DNA of 64,000 nt from Longimicrobiales bacterium (GTDB taxonomy: Bacteria > Gemmatimonadota > Gemmatimonadetes > Longimicrobiales > Gaopeijiaceae), in assembly GCA_965116905.1 (NCBI GenBank), contig OZ220732.1, forward strand, positions 2,592,001 through 2,656,000. Direction: 5' to 3'. A program made the translations under genes and the position numbers. Shown piece after piece: positions 17,483 to 26,555 of the stretch. Below the pieces are notes generated by a model. It saw nothing but the letters and a program-made list of their open reading frames with translations, was not told the origin of the DNA and did no database searches. Within the stretch, counting starts at the first letter, position 1. Every line of letters begins with the position of its first letter.

Positions 17483-18787
17483 ATGGCGCGCCTTCGCTTC
17501 CTCACAACGGCAATCCGGACGGTCACGGCTGCGGTCGCCGCAACGGTTGTCCCCGTAGCGGTCGTCGCCGCAACGGTCGTGGCCACGGCGGTCGTGGCCA
17601 CATCGGTCGTCTCCGCAGCGGTCGTCGCCGCTCTCGCGGTCCTTCCGGCCCCCGCGTCGTCGCAGGAGTCCTCCCCGACCGTTGCCGCCCAATCCCGTGC
17701 AACCGTGGCCCGCGTGGTCGCGCAGCTCGAGCCCGAGATCCGCAGAGCGATGGTGGAGGGCAGGATCCCCTCGCTGGCCATCTCCCTTACCGACCGCGAG
17801 GACGAACTCTGGAGCGGGGCCTACGGCGAGTCGAACCTCTGGGCGCGCACTCCGGCCACCACCCGGACCGTCTACCTGATCGGCTCGACCTTCAAGGCCC
17901 AGTCCACGGTCGCGCTGCTGCAGCAGATGGAGCGGGGGGCGTTCGCGCTCGACGACCCGGTGAGCGATCATCTGGACGATCTGGTCATCCGCGGCGAGGA
18001 CATCGAGCGGCCCGTCACCTTCCGCCATCTCCTCACCCACACCTCGGGGATGCCCGTCGACTTCGGACCGCACGCGCTATGGGGCGACACCGCGCCGCTC
18101 TCCCTGGACGCCTATCTGGGCGACTCCCTGCGCGTGGACACGCCGCCGCTCGAGGGCGTCGTCTACTCGAACATGGCCTATTCGCTGGTGGGACATCTGG
18201 TGGAGAAGTTCTCGGGCGTTCCCTACAAACAGTATGTCCGCGATCGCGTCTGGGGTGTGCTGGGCATGTCCTCGACGGCCTTCAACCCGTCCCCGGAGAT
18301 GGCCGAGCGTCTCGCGGTGCCCTACGTGCCCGACGAGGACTCGGGGCGCAACGCTCCCACGGAACGTCTTACGGCGAACGTGTGGCCGGCGGGAATCGTA
18401 TACGGGACGGTGCACGACCAGGCGGCCTGGATCCGCTTCAACCTCGGCGACGGCACGTGGGACGGGCAGCGGGTGCTTCGCGCGGCCACGATGGACGAGA
18501 TGCACTCGCTCCAGTACGAGCAGTTTGCCGGGACGCCCATGGGAGGCGGCTGGGGTTACGAGAGCCCCGGCTACGGCCTGACCTGGTGGACCTCGACGCG
18601 CGACGGTGAACGCTTCTTCGCCCACTCCGGCAGTGTTCCGGGGTACACGGCGTTCGCGTCGGGGAACCGGACCCGGGGGTTCGGTGTCGCACTGCTCACC
18701 AACGGAAACCGCGCCCACCCGCACCTGGTGCGCCTGACGCGGCTGGCGCTGGACCTGCTGGCCGCGGAGCTGGGCGAATCGAGATAG
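17483..18787 (+). CDS. Serine hydrolase (beta-lactamase class C / PBP-like), exported
   Basis: SxxK motif (GSTFK), LLTHTSG, YSN and HSG. GGAG RBS upstream of ATG 17483. Confidence 0.9.
   Translation: MARLRFLTTAIRTVTAAVAATVVPVAVVAATVVATAVVATSVVSAAVVAALAVLPAPASSQESSPTVAAQSRATVARVVAQLEPEIRRAMVEGRIPSLAISLTDREDELWSGAYGESNLWARTPATTRTVYLIGSTFKAQSTVALLQQMERGAFALDDPVSDHLDDLVIRGEDIERPVTFRHLLTHTSGMPVDFGPHALWGDTAPLSLDAYLGDSLRVDTPPLEGVVYSNMAYSLVGHLVEKFSGVPYKQYVRDRVWGVLGMSSTAFNPSPEMAERLAVPYVPDEDSGRNAPTERLTANVWPAGIVYGTVHDQAAWIRFNLGDGTWDGQRVLRAATMDEMHSLQYEQFAGTPMGGGWGYESPGYGLTWWTSTRDGERFFAHSGSVPGYTAFASGNRTRGFGVALLTNGNRAHPHLVRLTRLALDLLAAELGESR
17544..17633 (+). repeat. 15-bp degenerate tandem repeat, about 6 units (CGGTCGTNGCCNCNN), encoding VV(A/P/S)xx
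   Basis: Units such as CGGTCGTCGCCGCAA, CGGTCGTGGCCACGG, CGGTCGTGGCCACAT and CGGTCGTCTCCGCAG lie in the signal-peptide region. Confidence 0.8.
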
Positions 18788-18794
18788 GACGAAC

Positions 18795-20045
18795 ATGATC
18801 CCCTCCCTCCCACCCAACTGGCCCGCGCTGCTCCTTTGGCCGGGCGCGCTGGTCGTCGCGGCCTGGCTTTCGTACTGGCTTGCCTCGCGCCTTCTCCACC
18901 GGGTGATCCGCGGTGCGACCTCGCGGACGCGCTCGACGTGGGACGACCGCATCGTCGAACGCAAGGTCTTCCGCCGGCTTGCCCACGTCGTTCCCGCGCT
19001 GGTCTTTTTCCTCGGGATCGGCCCCGCGCTGGGCGTGACTCCGGCCGCGGCGGAGGCTGATCCGGGTGCAGTCTCCGCGATCCTGTGGACCTCCGTGCGA
19101 CGGCTGGCGGCCGCGTACCTCGCGCTGGCCATCGTCAGGGCCTTCAAGGGGTTCCTGGACGCCACGAACGACATCTACAACGAGACCTACGCCGAGGCGA
19201 AGTCGAGGCCCATCAAGGGCTACCTGCAGGTTGCGAGCCTCGTGGCCCACCTCGCGGCCGGCGTGGTCATCGCGGCCGTCCTGGCCGGTCTGTCCCCCCT
19301 GTTCTTCCTGTCCGGGCTCGGGGCCCTGGCGGCGGTGCTCATGCTCGTCTTCCGGGACACGATCCTGTCTCTGGTGGCGAGCGTCCAGATGGCCTCCAAC
19401 GACATGATCCGGATCGGCGACTGGGTGTCCGTTCCGCAGGCGAACTGCGACGGGGAGGTGATCGACATCGCCCTGCACACCGTCAAGGTTCAGAACTGGG
19501 ACAAGACGATCTCGACGATTCCGACCCACAAGTTCATCACCGAGTCGTTCAAGAACTGGCGCGGCATGTCCGAGTCGGGGGGGCGGCGGATCAAGAGGGG
19601 CCTGCGCATCGACATGGGCTCCGTGCGCTTCCTGTCCGACGAGGAGATCGAGGCGCTTTCGCGGCGGGAGGTGCTGAGCGACTACATGCGGGAGCGGCGG
19701 GCGGAGATCGATCGCTACAACGCGGCCAAGACGGCGAATGGCGATCCCACGGTCGTCCCGGAGACCCGGCGTCTGACCAATCTCGGGACCTTCCGGGCCT
19801 ACGTGCAGCGCTACCTGGAGGCGCATCCGCAGACCCACAAGAACATGACGCTGCTCGCCCGCCAGCTTGAACCCGGCCCGCAGGGGGTCCCGATCGAGAT
19901 CTACTGTTTTTCCAACGACACGGCGTGGGCCAACTACGAGGGATTCCAGGCCGACGTCTTCGACCACCTCATCTCGATTCTGCCGGAGTTCGGGCTCAGG
20001 GCGTTTCAGGCGCCGACCGGGAAGGACTTCGCGAAGGCTTTCTGA
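18795..20045 (+). CDS. Mechanosensitive channel, MscS family (YbdG/MscM-like)
   Basis: VFRDTILSLVAS, IGDW, VKVQNWDKT, FKNWRGMSESGGRRIKR and TNLGTFRAY motifs. Confidence 0.93.
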   Translation: MIPSLPPNWPALLLWPGALVVAAWLSYWLASRLLHRVIRGATSRTRSTWDDRIVERKVFRRLAHVVPALVFFLGIGPALGVTPAAAEADPGAVSAILWTSVRRLAAAYLALAIVRAFKGFLDATNDIYNETYAEAKSRPIKGYLQVASLVAHLAAGVVIAAVLAGLSPLFFLSGLGALAAVLMLVFRDTILSLVASVQMASNDMIRIGDWVSVPQANCDGEVIDIALHTVKVQNWDKTISTIPTHKFITESFKNWRGMSESGGRRIKRGLRIDMGSVRFLSDEEIEALSRREVLSDYMRERRAEIDRYNAAKTANGDPTVVPETRRLTNLGTFRAYVQRYLEAHPQTHKNMTLLARQLEPGPQGVPIEIYCFSNDTAWANYEGFQADVFDHLISILPEFGLRAFQAPTGKDFAKAF

Positions 20046-20712
20046 AGACGATCAGCCCCACGGGTTGCGGCCGGCGCCACACGATTTCGCGCGACAGCAG
20101 CAGGTGTCCGCTTTCGAGAATGGAGAGGTTGTCGCGGATGGTTCCGCCGCCGGAGACTCGCCGCTCCACAGCGAATCGTTCACCGTCCCAGCGAAGGCGG
20201 GCTTCGATCGATCCCTGAGGAGCCGTCGCGTCCGTCCAGCCGCCGCCCACGGACAGAACCAGGGGCGCGCCTTCCTCGTACGCGACCGACAGTGCGTCGT
20301 CCAGGACCCCGAATGTGAGCGTCCGCGGAGTCACGCCCAGCATGACCATGGTCTGGCGCAGGCCCGCGGGGGTGCCGTCGATAGCGTTTCCCGCTTCGCC
20401 GCGGTCGCGCATCTCGGTCATCCACATGTCCGAGGCGCGCTGCGCAAGGTCTTCCTGGGAGCCGCCGGCCGTCGTCCGGGCTGATTCGGCCGTAGCCGCC
20501 TCGTCATGGCTCCACGTGCCGGCGAACGGCGCGAGCGCTGCGAGACGGGCTTCCGATTCGGCGGCCGACGGTGCCGACGCACACGCGGCCGTGCCCGCCA
20601 GGCAGGCCAGCAGGGCAGCAGCGGCCGACCACCGACGCGGCGCGGCCGGCCGGTACCGTCCGCACACGGCGGCGAAGCCCGGTGCGGTGTATTTCGAACT
20701 GTGGTCTTGCAT
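19996..20712 (-). CDS. Hypothetical lipoprotein
   Basis: Lipobox-like TAA-C followed by FAGTW. Last gene of the minus-strand operon; its 3' end overlaps mscS by 50 bp. Confidence 0.65.
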   Translation of the reverse strand: MQDHSSKYTAPGFAAVCGRYRPAAPRRWSAAAALLACLAGTAACASAPSAAESEARLAALAPFAGTWSHDEAATAESARTTAGGSQEDLAQRASDMWMTEMRDRGEAGNAIDGTPAGLRQTMVMLGVTPRTLTFGVLDDALSVAYEEGAPLVLSVGGGWTDATAPQGSIEARLRWDGERFAVERRVSGGGTIRDNLSILESGHLLLSREIVWRRPQPVGLIVFRKPSRSPSRSAPETP

Positions 20713-20714
20713 GG

Positions 20715-21521
20715 CTAACAACCTCGTCCAACCAGGGGTATGGGCGCTGGCGAGAATCCCTCCCTTGCCGCGCGGGACAGGAAATCCTTCGTGTACATGC
20801 GGACCATGCCCATACCCTCGTAGACCTCGAGGAGTCCGAGTTCGCCGGGGTGGATGTTGCCGAGGAAGCCGCTGGCGACCGCCACCTCGTCAAGGCACAC
20901 CCTCAAGGGCAGTTGCCGTCCACGCAGGCGGACCTGCAACCGGTCCAGCTGGTCCCGGTACAGGGTGAGGGCGGTCCGCGCATCCACGAAAGCGGCGACG
21001 TCCATCTCGATCGTCCGCTCCATGGCCTCGGTCTCGAATGCCTCCGAAGCCCTCGGGGTGCCGAGGCGGCGGACCTCCAGCTGGCGCACGAGACGCTCGA
21101 CGACGACCTCGATCCCCTCGAGCTCGATCGCCATGGGATTGAGACGCACCACCATGAAGGCGTTCAGGCCGACTGCGGACTGCTCGCGGTTGGTCTCATA
21201 CCCGAAGCTGGAGGTGATGAACGTATAGCGGCCGGGGACGAGCTCGGGGAACACGAAGCGGCCGACGCGGTCGGTCACGACCAGGAGCTTGAGCTCCGCG
21301 ATCTGGACGGTTGCTTCGGGGATCGGGAGTTCTGTCCTGTAGTCGCGGACTTCGCCCTGAAACGTGAAGGTGCGTGACGGGTCGGGCACCGTGTCCTGGG
21401 CACGTGCCGATCCCGCGATCCCGGGGACCGGAAGCGCCGCCGCGGCCGCCGCGAGCGACGCTGCGATGAGCAGGCGCCGAACGGGTGGGGCGTCCGGGGC
21501 GGTCACGGCCCAGGTCTGCAT
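20715..21521 (-). CDS. Exported carboxypeptidase-regulatory-like domain protein with a TonB-plug-like C-terminus
   Basis: Signal peptide ends ARA-Q. GEVRDYRTELPIPEATV…TDRVGRFVF…PGRY…SFGY is the typical CarboxypepD_reg pattern; IELEGIEVVV follows. Confidence 0.75.
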   Translation of the reverse strand: MQTWAVTAPDAPPVRRLLIAASLAAAAAALPVPGIAGSARAQDTVPDPSRTFTFQGEVRDYRTELPIPEATVQIAELKLLVVTDRVGRFVFPELVPGRYTFITSSFGYETNREQSAVGLNAFMVVRLNPMAIELEGIEVVVERLVRQLEVRRLGTPRASEAFETEAMERTIEMDVAAFVDARTALTLYRDQLDRLQVRLRGRQLPLRVCLDEVAVASGFLGNIHPGELGLLEVYEGMGMVRMYTKDFLSRAAREGFSPAPIPLVGRGC

Positions 21522-21525
21522 GTGC

Positions 21526-23658
21526 TCAGCGGGCCTTGAGGAAGCGGTCGAAGAAATCCTCGGCGGCACCGAAGGCGGCCATCCAGTTCCGTTGCAGCAG
21601 GAACCCGTGCACTTCGTCGGGGAAGACGAGGTGTTCCACGTGCACGCCGTTGCCTCGCAGCACTTCCGCAAGTTCGACCGATTCCGCGAAGGGAACATTG
21701 CGGTCGTCGTCGCCGTGGATGAGCAGCACAGGAGAGGTCCATCCCTCTACAAAGGCCATGGGCGAGGACTCGAAGGCGCGGCGTGCCACCTCGGGCCTGG
21801 CCGCGGGTTCGTAGGAAGGCACGAAGTTCCGGATTGCCTTGTTCCAGTCGTGGACGCCGTGGATGTCCACGCCGGCCTTGAACAGGTCCGATGCGCGTGC
21901 GAGCCCGTGGGCGGTCAGGTAGCCGCCGTAGGAGCCGCCCCAGAGTCCGATCCGGTTGCCGTCCACATCGTCCCGCGACGCCATGTACACGCCCGCGCCG
22001 AGGACATCGTTGACCTCGGATGCGCCGTCCGCCCCGTAGTGGAGCGCCTCGCGGAACTCCATGCCGTACCCGATGCCGCTGCGGTAGTTGACCGAGAGGA
22101 CCGCGTAGCCGTTGGCGGCGAGGTGCTGGTTGAAGGAATAGGTGTTGTGGTAGTAGCCGCGGTGGTGGAAGCCGAGCAGCATCTGTCGGCGGGAGCCGCC
22201 GTGGAGGAACAGGACGCCGGGCCAGCCGCCGGGTGGGGGTTCTCCGGTGGGGAGGAAGAGCTGGCCGTGTATGGGCATGCCGTCGGTGGAGCGGAAGACG
22301 ACCTGAACGGGGTCGGCGAGGCCGCTGGGGATGCCGTCCATGGCCCGGGGCGCCAGCCAGCGCCGCTCGCCTCCGGCCAGCACCTCGGCATGGGCGGGCA
22401 CGGTCCCCGCGGAAGCCAGAAAGACCACCGATCCGTCGGTCGTGGGGGCCGGTTGCCATTCGATCCCGGCCCCTGGCGTCAGGAGGCGGGCGCCGCTGCC
22501 GTCCAGCGGTCCCTGCCACAGGTGCTGGCGATCGACATCTCCCTCGTTGGAAGAGAAGACGAGAGCCTCCCCGCCCGGCGCGAGGGCCACGTACTGCACC
22601 TCGAAGTCCCCGCTGGCAATGGGCCTGGGCTCGTCGCCGTCCCGGGCATCGACCGAATAGAGATTCGTGAAGCCGTTTCCCTCCCACGGGAACGCGATGC
22701 GGTCGTCGGCGCCCCAGAAGATATTGTTCGACCCCGAGATGGCGCGGAATGCGCTTCCGGGTCCCTCGGGGGCGGTGAACACCGTGCGCGGGGCTCCGCT
22801 GTCCAGGTTGACGACCCGGATGCTCCACGGGATCGACTCCCGCACGGCGAAGAAGGGCAGGCGGTCGCGCTGGTTGGGGATGCGCAGAAAGGCGATCTCG
22901 CGCCCATCCGGCGACCACGCAGGGCTCCCGTCCGCGTCGAGCGACGGGTCGAGGTACCGTAGCGTCCCGCTCTCAAGTGCGAGCACCCCGATGAAGGCGT
23001 GATCTCCCCGCCGGCTCGTCCAGGCCAGGCGGGTCCCGTCGGGCGAGAGGCGCAGTTCCGACGGACTTCCGCGGCCCCGGACCAGGGGCTCGGGAGGGGC
23101 GGAGGGGTCGCGAGCCGGCCTGCGCTGGATCACGCCGCGGTCGATGTAGATCACCCATGCGCCGTCCGGCGAGAGGAGCGGTGAGTGGCCCGGTCCCAGC
23201 CTGTGCGTGCCGCTGCCGTCGGTTCCCACCACCCAGACCTCGCGGTCCGTTCCGGCGGGATCGCTCTCGGGGTTGGGAATCTCGCCGGCACGGTTCGGGG
23301 CCCCTCCCCGCACGAACGCGACCAGCGAGCCGTTGGCCGCCACCGCCAGTTCAGCGATCTCCTGGCCGTCGTCACTCGTGAACGAGGTCAGGCGGCGTCC
23401 GGTCCAGCCGGGCGCGGCGGCCGTCCAGACGTTCCGCGCCCCTCGCTCGTTGCGCACCCACGCGACGACCGGGGCCGCGGGGGCTGCGGTCAACGCGGTG
23501 GGGAAAGGCCACCCCACCAGCGCGTCCAGATCTGTGGTGCCGTCCTGGGCGGCCGCGGGCGCGGCGGCTGCCGCCAGGACCAGCGCGGTCAGGGCCACTG
23601 AGGCGGTGGCCGTGGTGCGCCCTCGCATGGTACTGGTGCACGCTCGCATGGTGCGCAT
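21526..23658 (-). CDS. S9 prolyl oligopeptidase family protein with beta-propeller
   Basis: GGSYGG nucleophile motif, HGDDDRNV, DEVHGF, SPDG repeats and a signal peptide. TGATG coupling to the CopCD gene. Confidence 0.93.
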   Translation of the reverse strand: MRTMRACTSTMRGRTTATASVALTALVLAAAAAPAAAQDGTTDLDALVGWPFPTALTAAPAAPVVAWVRNERGARNVWTAAAPGWTGRRLTSFTSDDGQEIAELAVAANGSLVAFVRGGAPNRAGEIPNPESDPAGTDREVWVVGTDGSGTHRLGPGHSPLLSPDGAWVIYIDRGVIQRRPARDPSAPPEPLVRGRGSPSELRLSPDGTRLAWTSRRGDHAFIGVLALESGTLRYLDPSLDADGSPAWSPDGREIAFLRIPNQRDRLPFFAVRESIPWSIRVVNLDSGAPRTVFTAPEGPGSAFRAISGSNNIFWGADDRIAFPWEGNGFTNLYSVDARDGDEPRPIASGDFEVQYVALAPGGEALVFSSNEGDVDRQHLWQGPLDGSGARLLTPGAGIEWQPAPTTDGSVVFLASAGTVPAHAEVLAGGERRWLAPRAMDGIPSGLADPVQVVFRSTDGMPIHGQLFLPTGEPPPGGWPGVLFLHGGSRRQMLLGFHHRGYYHNTYSFNQHLAANGYAVLSVNYRSGIGYGMEFREALHYGADGASEVNDVLGAGVYMASRDDVDGNRIGLWGGSYGGYLTAHGLARASDLFKAGVDIHGVHDWNKAIRNFVPSYEPAARPEVARRAFESSPMAFVEGWTSPVLLIHGDDDRNVPFAESVELAEVLRGNGVHVEHLVFPDEVHGFLLQRNWMAAFGAAEDFFDRFLKAR

Positions 23659-25043
23659 CAGAGGGGCTGCACCACGAGGAACGAGGTCACCGCAACCGCC
23701 GCGGCACCGAACGCCAGTTCGGCGGTGGCGGATCTGCGAAGGGCTGCCGGATCCGGGTCGGCCGCCAGGGCCGGCCGCACGACGCGCCAGTTGTAGAAGC
23801 CGATGGCCATCACACATGCGACAACGAGGTCCTTGATGAGGAGTGATCGTCCCCAGGGCGTGGTCCAGAGGTCCGACGGGGCACCCATGTGGAGCCACGC
23901 CTTCACACCGCCGGATACGACCAGGGTTCCGACGGCGACGAGCGCCAGCCGGGAGAAGGCACCCACAAGCGTGGGCAGGCCGGACCACGGGGTCCCGTTG
24001 TCGGCGGCGGCGCGCGACGCCGGGAGTCCGGCCGAGAGCAGGCAGAACAGCCCCCCGACCCACGCGCCCGCCGCCACCACGTGCAGGTAGGTCGCGACCA
24101 CGGACAGGCCTCGTGGCGCGTCGGCCCAGGCATGCCCGGAGAGGATCGGTGCCAGGGGGACGAGAAGGGCCGCGGCCAGCAGGACGTGCCAGCCGGCCCC
24201 GCCGCGAGTTCCGGGACGGCCCAGCGCAGCCCCCGCGGCCGCGACGAACCCGGCGGCGGCGTGCAGCCACCATCCGCTGCTCCAGGGCGTTCCCGCCGTC
24301 AGGGTGGCGAGGCTGGCGCCGGGGGCGTCCGGGAACCCCGTCCGCACGTGGAGCCAGAGCCGCAGGGGAAGGGCCACCAGGAGCAGCGCGGCAGCGGCCG
24401 CCGCGATCCGCCACGCACCCGTGGAAACGCGTTTCGCGACGTCCTCCGGAAGGCCGGCGTTCGTTGCGGCGCCGAGCACGATCACCTTGAAGGCGACCGA
24501 CCCCAGGAGTCCCACGATGCCCACGTAGAACGCAAAACGCGTCAGCAGCGCCACCGGATTCGCCAGGGATCCCGCGCCGGCGTCGCCCGCGGTCTCTGCG
24601 CGCTGAGATGCTGGCCCGGCCCCCCGCGTCGGGATCGCGTCCGCGCCCGCCGGCTCGTCCTCCGCGGGAGTGCCGACCTGAAACCCGAATTCGCCGGAGA
24701 GCGCGTGTCCGTCCGGTCCCGCCGTGGTCCATGCCACGACATAGGAGCCCCGGCCCAGCGGTTCGAGGAGCGCGAGCACGAGCACGTCCTGCCGGTCCTC
24801 GTGCAGATAGCTCAGGTTACCGGCGGCGACGGGGGATGCGTCCGCGCCTGCGGACCGTACGGAAATGCTGCTCTGGGAGAGCTGGACGGCGGTGGTGTAG
24901 GTGAGCGTCACCGCCATCGGGGACTCCGTCAGCACGGCATCCTCCGCCGGGCTCGACTCCTTGAGTTCGGTGTGTAGCCGGGAGGCGGCCAGGACTGCGG
25001 GCAGGGTCAGCAGAGCGCCCGTGACCAGGGCGGGCGCACGCAC
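23658..25043 (-). CDS. CopC-CopD fusion copper-binding/uptake protein
   Basis: Mature N-terminal His (HTELKESSP), WTTAGPDGH (CopC DxH), and CopD membrane domain with SGHA, YLHVVAAGAWVGGL, FS and YNWR. Confidence 0.9.
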   Translation of the reverse strand: MRAPALVTGALLTLPAVLAASRLHTELKESSPAEDAVLTESPMAVTLTYTTAVQLSQSSISVRSAGADASPVAAGNLSYLHEDRQDVLVLALLEPLGRGSYVVAWTTAGPDGHALSGEFGFQVGTPAEDEPAGADAIPTRGAGPASQRAETAGDAGAGSLANPVALLTRFAFYVGIVGLLGSVAFKVIVLGAATNAGLPEDVAKRVSTGAWRIAAAAAALLLVALPLRLWLHVRTGFPDAPGASLATLTAGTPWSSGWWLHAAAGFVAAAGAALGRPGTRGGAGWHVLLAAALLVPLAPILSGHAWADAPRGLSVVATYLHVVAAGAWVGGLFCLLSAGLPASRAAADNGTPWSGLPTLVGAFSRLALVAVGTLVVSGGVKAWLHMGAPSDLWTTPWGRSLLIKDLVVACVMAIGFYNWRVVRPALAADPDPAALRRSATAELAFGAAAVAVTSFLVVQPL

Positions 25044-25044
25044 A

Positions 25045-26379
25045 TCACACCTCCGGCAACCCGTGCTTGATCGCCGACTCCATGGCCTCGCTGAACCGGT
25101 CGAGTTCCTCCAGGGTCGTGTACACGCTCGGCGAGATCCGCAACCCGGTGCACTCCTCGTGACCGATGGCGACGTTGATGATGCGGTGCTCGCTCCAGAG
25201 CCACCTGCTCAGGGCCCCCGTGTCCAGGCCCTCCACGTGCACGTTTCCGATTCCGCACGCGAATCCGGGCCTCTGGCTCGTGTTGAGGCTCACGCGGTCG
25301 TTCTCGAGAAGGCGGTTTGCCCAGTAGTCGCGAAGATAGATGAGGCGCTCCGCCTTCCGCTCGGCCCCGATCCCCTGGTGGAAGGTGAGGGCCTCCCCGA
25401 TGGCGAGGTAGTTGGCGGCGGGATGCGTCCCGATCTCCTCGTACTTGCGGATGTCGCCGTCCATGCGGTCGGGTGCCGCCATGAGGGGCCAAATGTTGGC
25501 GATCTCGTCGCGGCGCACGTACAGCAGGCCGGTTCCGTGCGGAGCGAAGAGCCACTTGTGGAGGCTGGTCGAATAGTTGTCGCAGTCCAGGTCGCGCAGC
25601 TTGAACGGGAAGTGCGCCATGGCGTGGGCGCCGTCCACGATCACGGGAATGCCGTGTTTGCGCGCCATCGTCACGATCTCGCGCACGGGCAGGATCTGGC
25701 CCGTCAGGTTGATCATGTGACACATGAGGATCAGCCGCGTGCGCGGGGTGATGCCCTCCTCGAAACGGCGCACGACCTCGGCCGGATCCTCGGCCGGAAC
25801 GGGTACCTTGATCTGCCGCATCACGATTCCCTCACGGCGTTCCCGCTGCCGGAACGTGGTGAGCATGCGGCCGTAGTCCTGCGTTGTGGTGAGGACTTCG
25901 TCGCCCGGTTCCAGGTCGTAGCCGAACTGACAGGTCTGCAGTCCCTCGGACGCGTTGCGGGTGAACGCGATCTCGTCCGCGTCGACCCCCCATGCGCGCG
26001 CCATCCGGGCCCGCACCCCTTCCCGCTGCGGCTCGAGGATCTGCCACATCGTATAGGTGGGCGCCTCGTTCGAGTAGTCGAGGTGCCGCTTCATCGCGTC
26101 CTGGACGAAGGTAGGGGACGGGCTGACGCCACCGTTGTTGAGGTTCACCAGGGTCCTGTCCACCGTGAAGGCCCGGGCGACCTCCGACCAGAAGCTCTCG
26201 TCGTCGGCAGTTTCGGCCGCGGTTCCCGGATGGCGGGCGAGGTCCCCCGCGATGAGCGTGGCGCGGGAATTGAACGACGGCAGCTGCGAGACTCCCAGCG
26301 CTGCCGCGGCCGAACCAAGGAAGTCCCTTCTGCTCGGGGCGGGCCGGTGTTTCGGACTCTTTTTTGTGCTTGCCTTCAT
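25045..26379 (-). CDS. Tat-exported PLP-dependent aminotransferase class V (isopenicillin N epimerase / cysteine desulfurase-like)
   Basis: Twin-arginine motif SRRDFLG, NLNNGG, VDGAHA and SLHKW (PLP lysine). GGAGG RBS. Confidence 0.9.
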   Translation of the reverse strand: MKASTKKSPKHRPAPSRRDFLGSAAAALGVSQLPSFNSRATLIAGDLARHPGTAAETADDESFWSEVARAFTVDRTLVNLNNGGVSPSPTFVQDAMKRHLDYSNEAPTYTMWQILEPQREGVRARMARAWGVDADEIAFTRNASEGLQTCQFGYDLEPGDEVLTTTQDYGRMLTTFRQRERREGIVMRQIKVPVPAEDPAEVVRRFEEGITPRTRLILMCHMINLTGQILPVREIVTMARKHGIPVIVDGAHAMAHFPFKLRDLDCDNYSTSLHKWLFAPHGTGLLYVRRDEIANIWPLMAAPDRMDGDIRKYEEIGTHPAANYLAIGEALTFHQGIGAERKAERLIYLRDYWANRLLENDRVSLNTSQRPGFACGIGNVHVEGLDTGALSRWLWSEHRIINVAIGHEECTGLRISPSVYTTLEELDRFSEAMESAIKHGLPEV

Positions 26380-26477
26380 CAGGATCCTCCGCGTCTCGGC
26401 TTGGCAGCCCGCGATCCTCCAGGGCGGGTCGAACAAACTACGATAAGCGCGGTGGGGAGGGCGGGCAAACGAGGGCA

Positions 26478-26537
26478 GCGGCGGGCGGTTTGCCGCGGCG
26501 GGCGGTTCGCTGCGGCGGGCGGTTCGCTGCGGCGGGC
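26478..26537. repeat. 17-bp tandem repeat, 3.5 units (GCGGCGGGCGGTTCGCT)
   Basis: Units at 26478, 26495, 26512 and a partial one at 26529, between divergent genes. Confidence 0.9.
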
Positions 26538-26555
26538 CGTTATCTTTACCGCGAG

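Noticed and set aside
20620..20657. Possible third MITE remnant in the lipoprotein leader (RPAAPRRWSAA)
   Set aside because: The similarity needs several gaps in near-pure GC sequence and no TIR is present, so it is indistinguishable from chance.
11069..26379. Genomic island integrated at tRNA-Leu (or at ssrA)
   Set aside because: I saw no integrase, no duplicated tRNA or tmRNA 3' end, and no obvious compositional shift.
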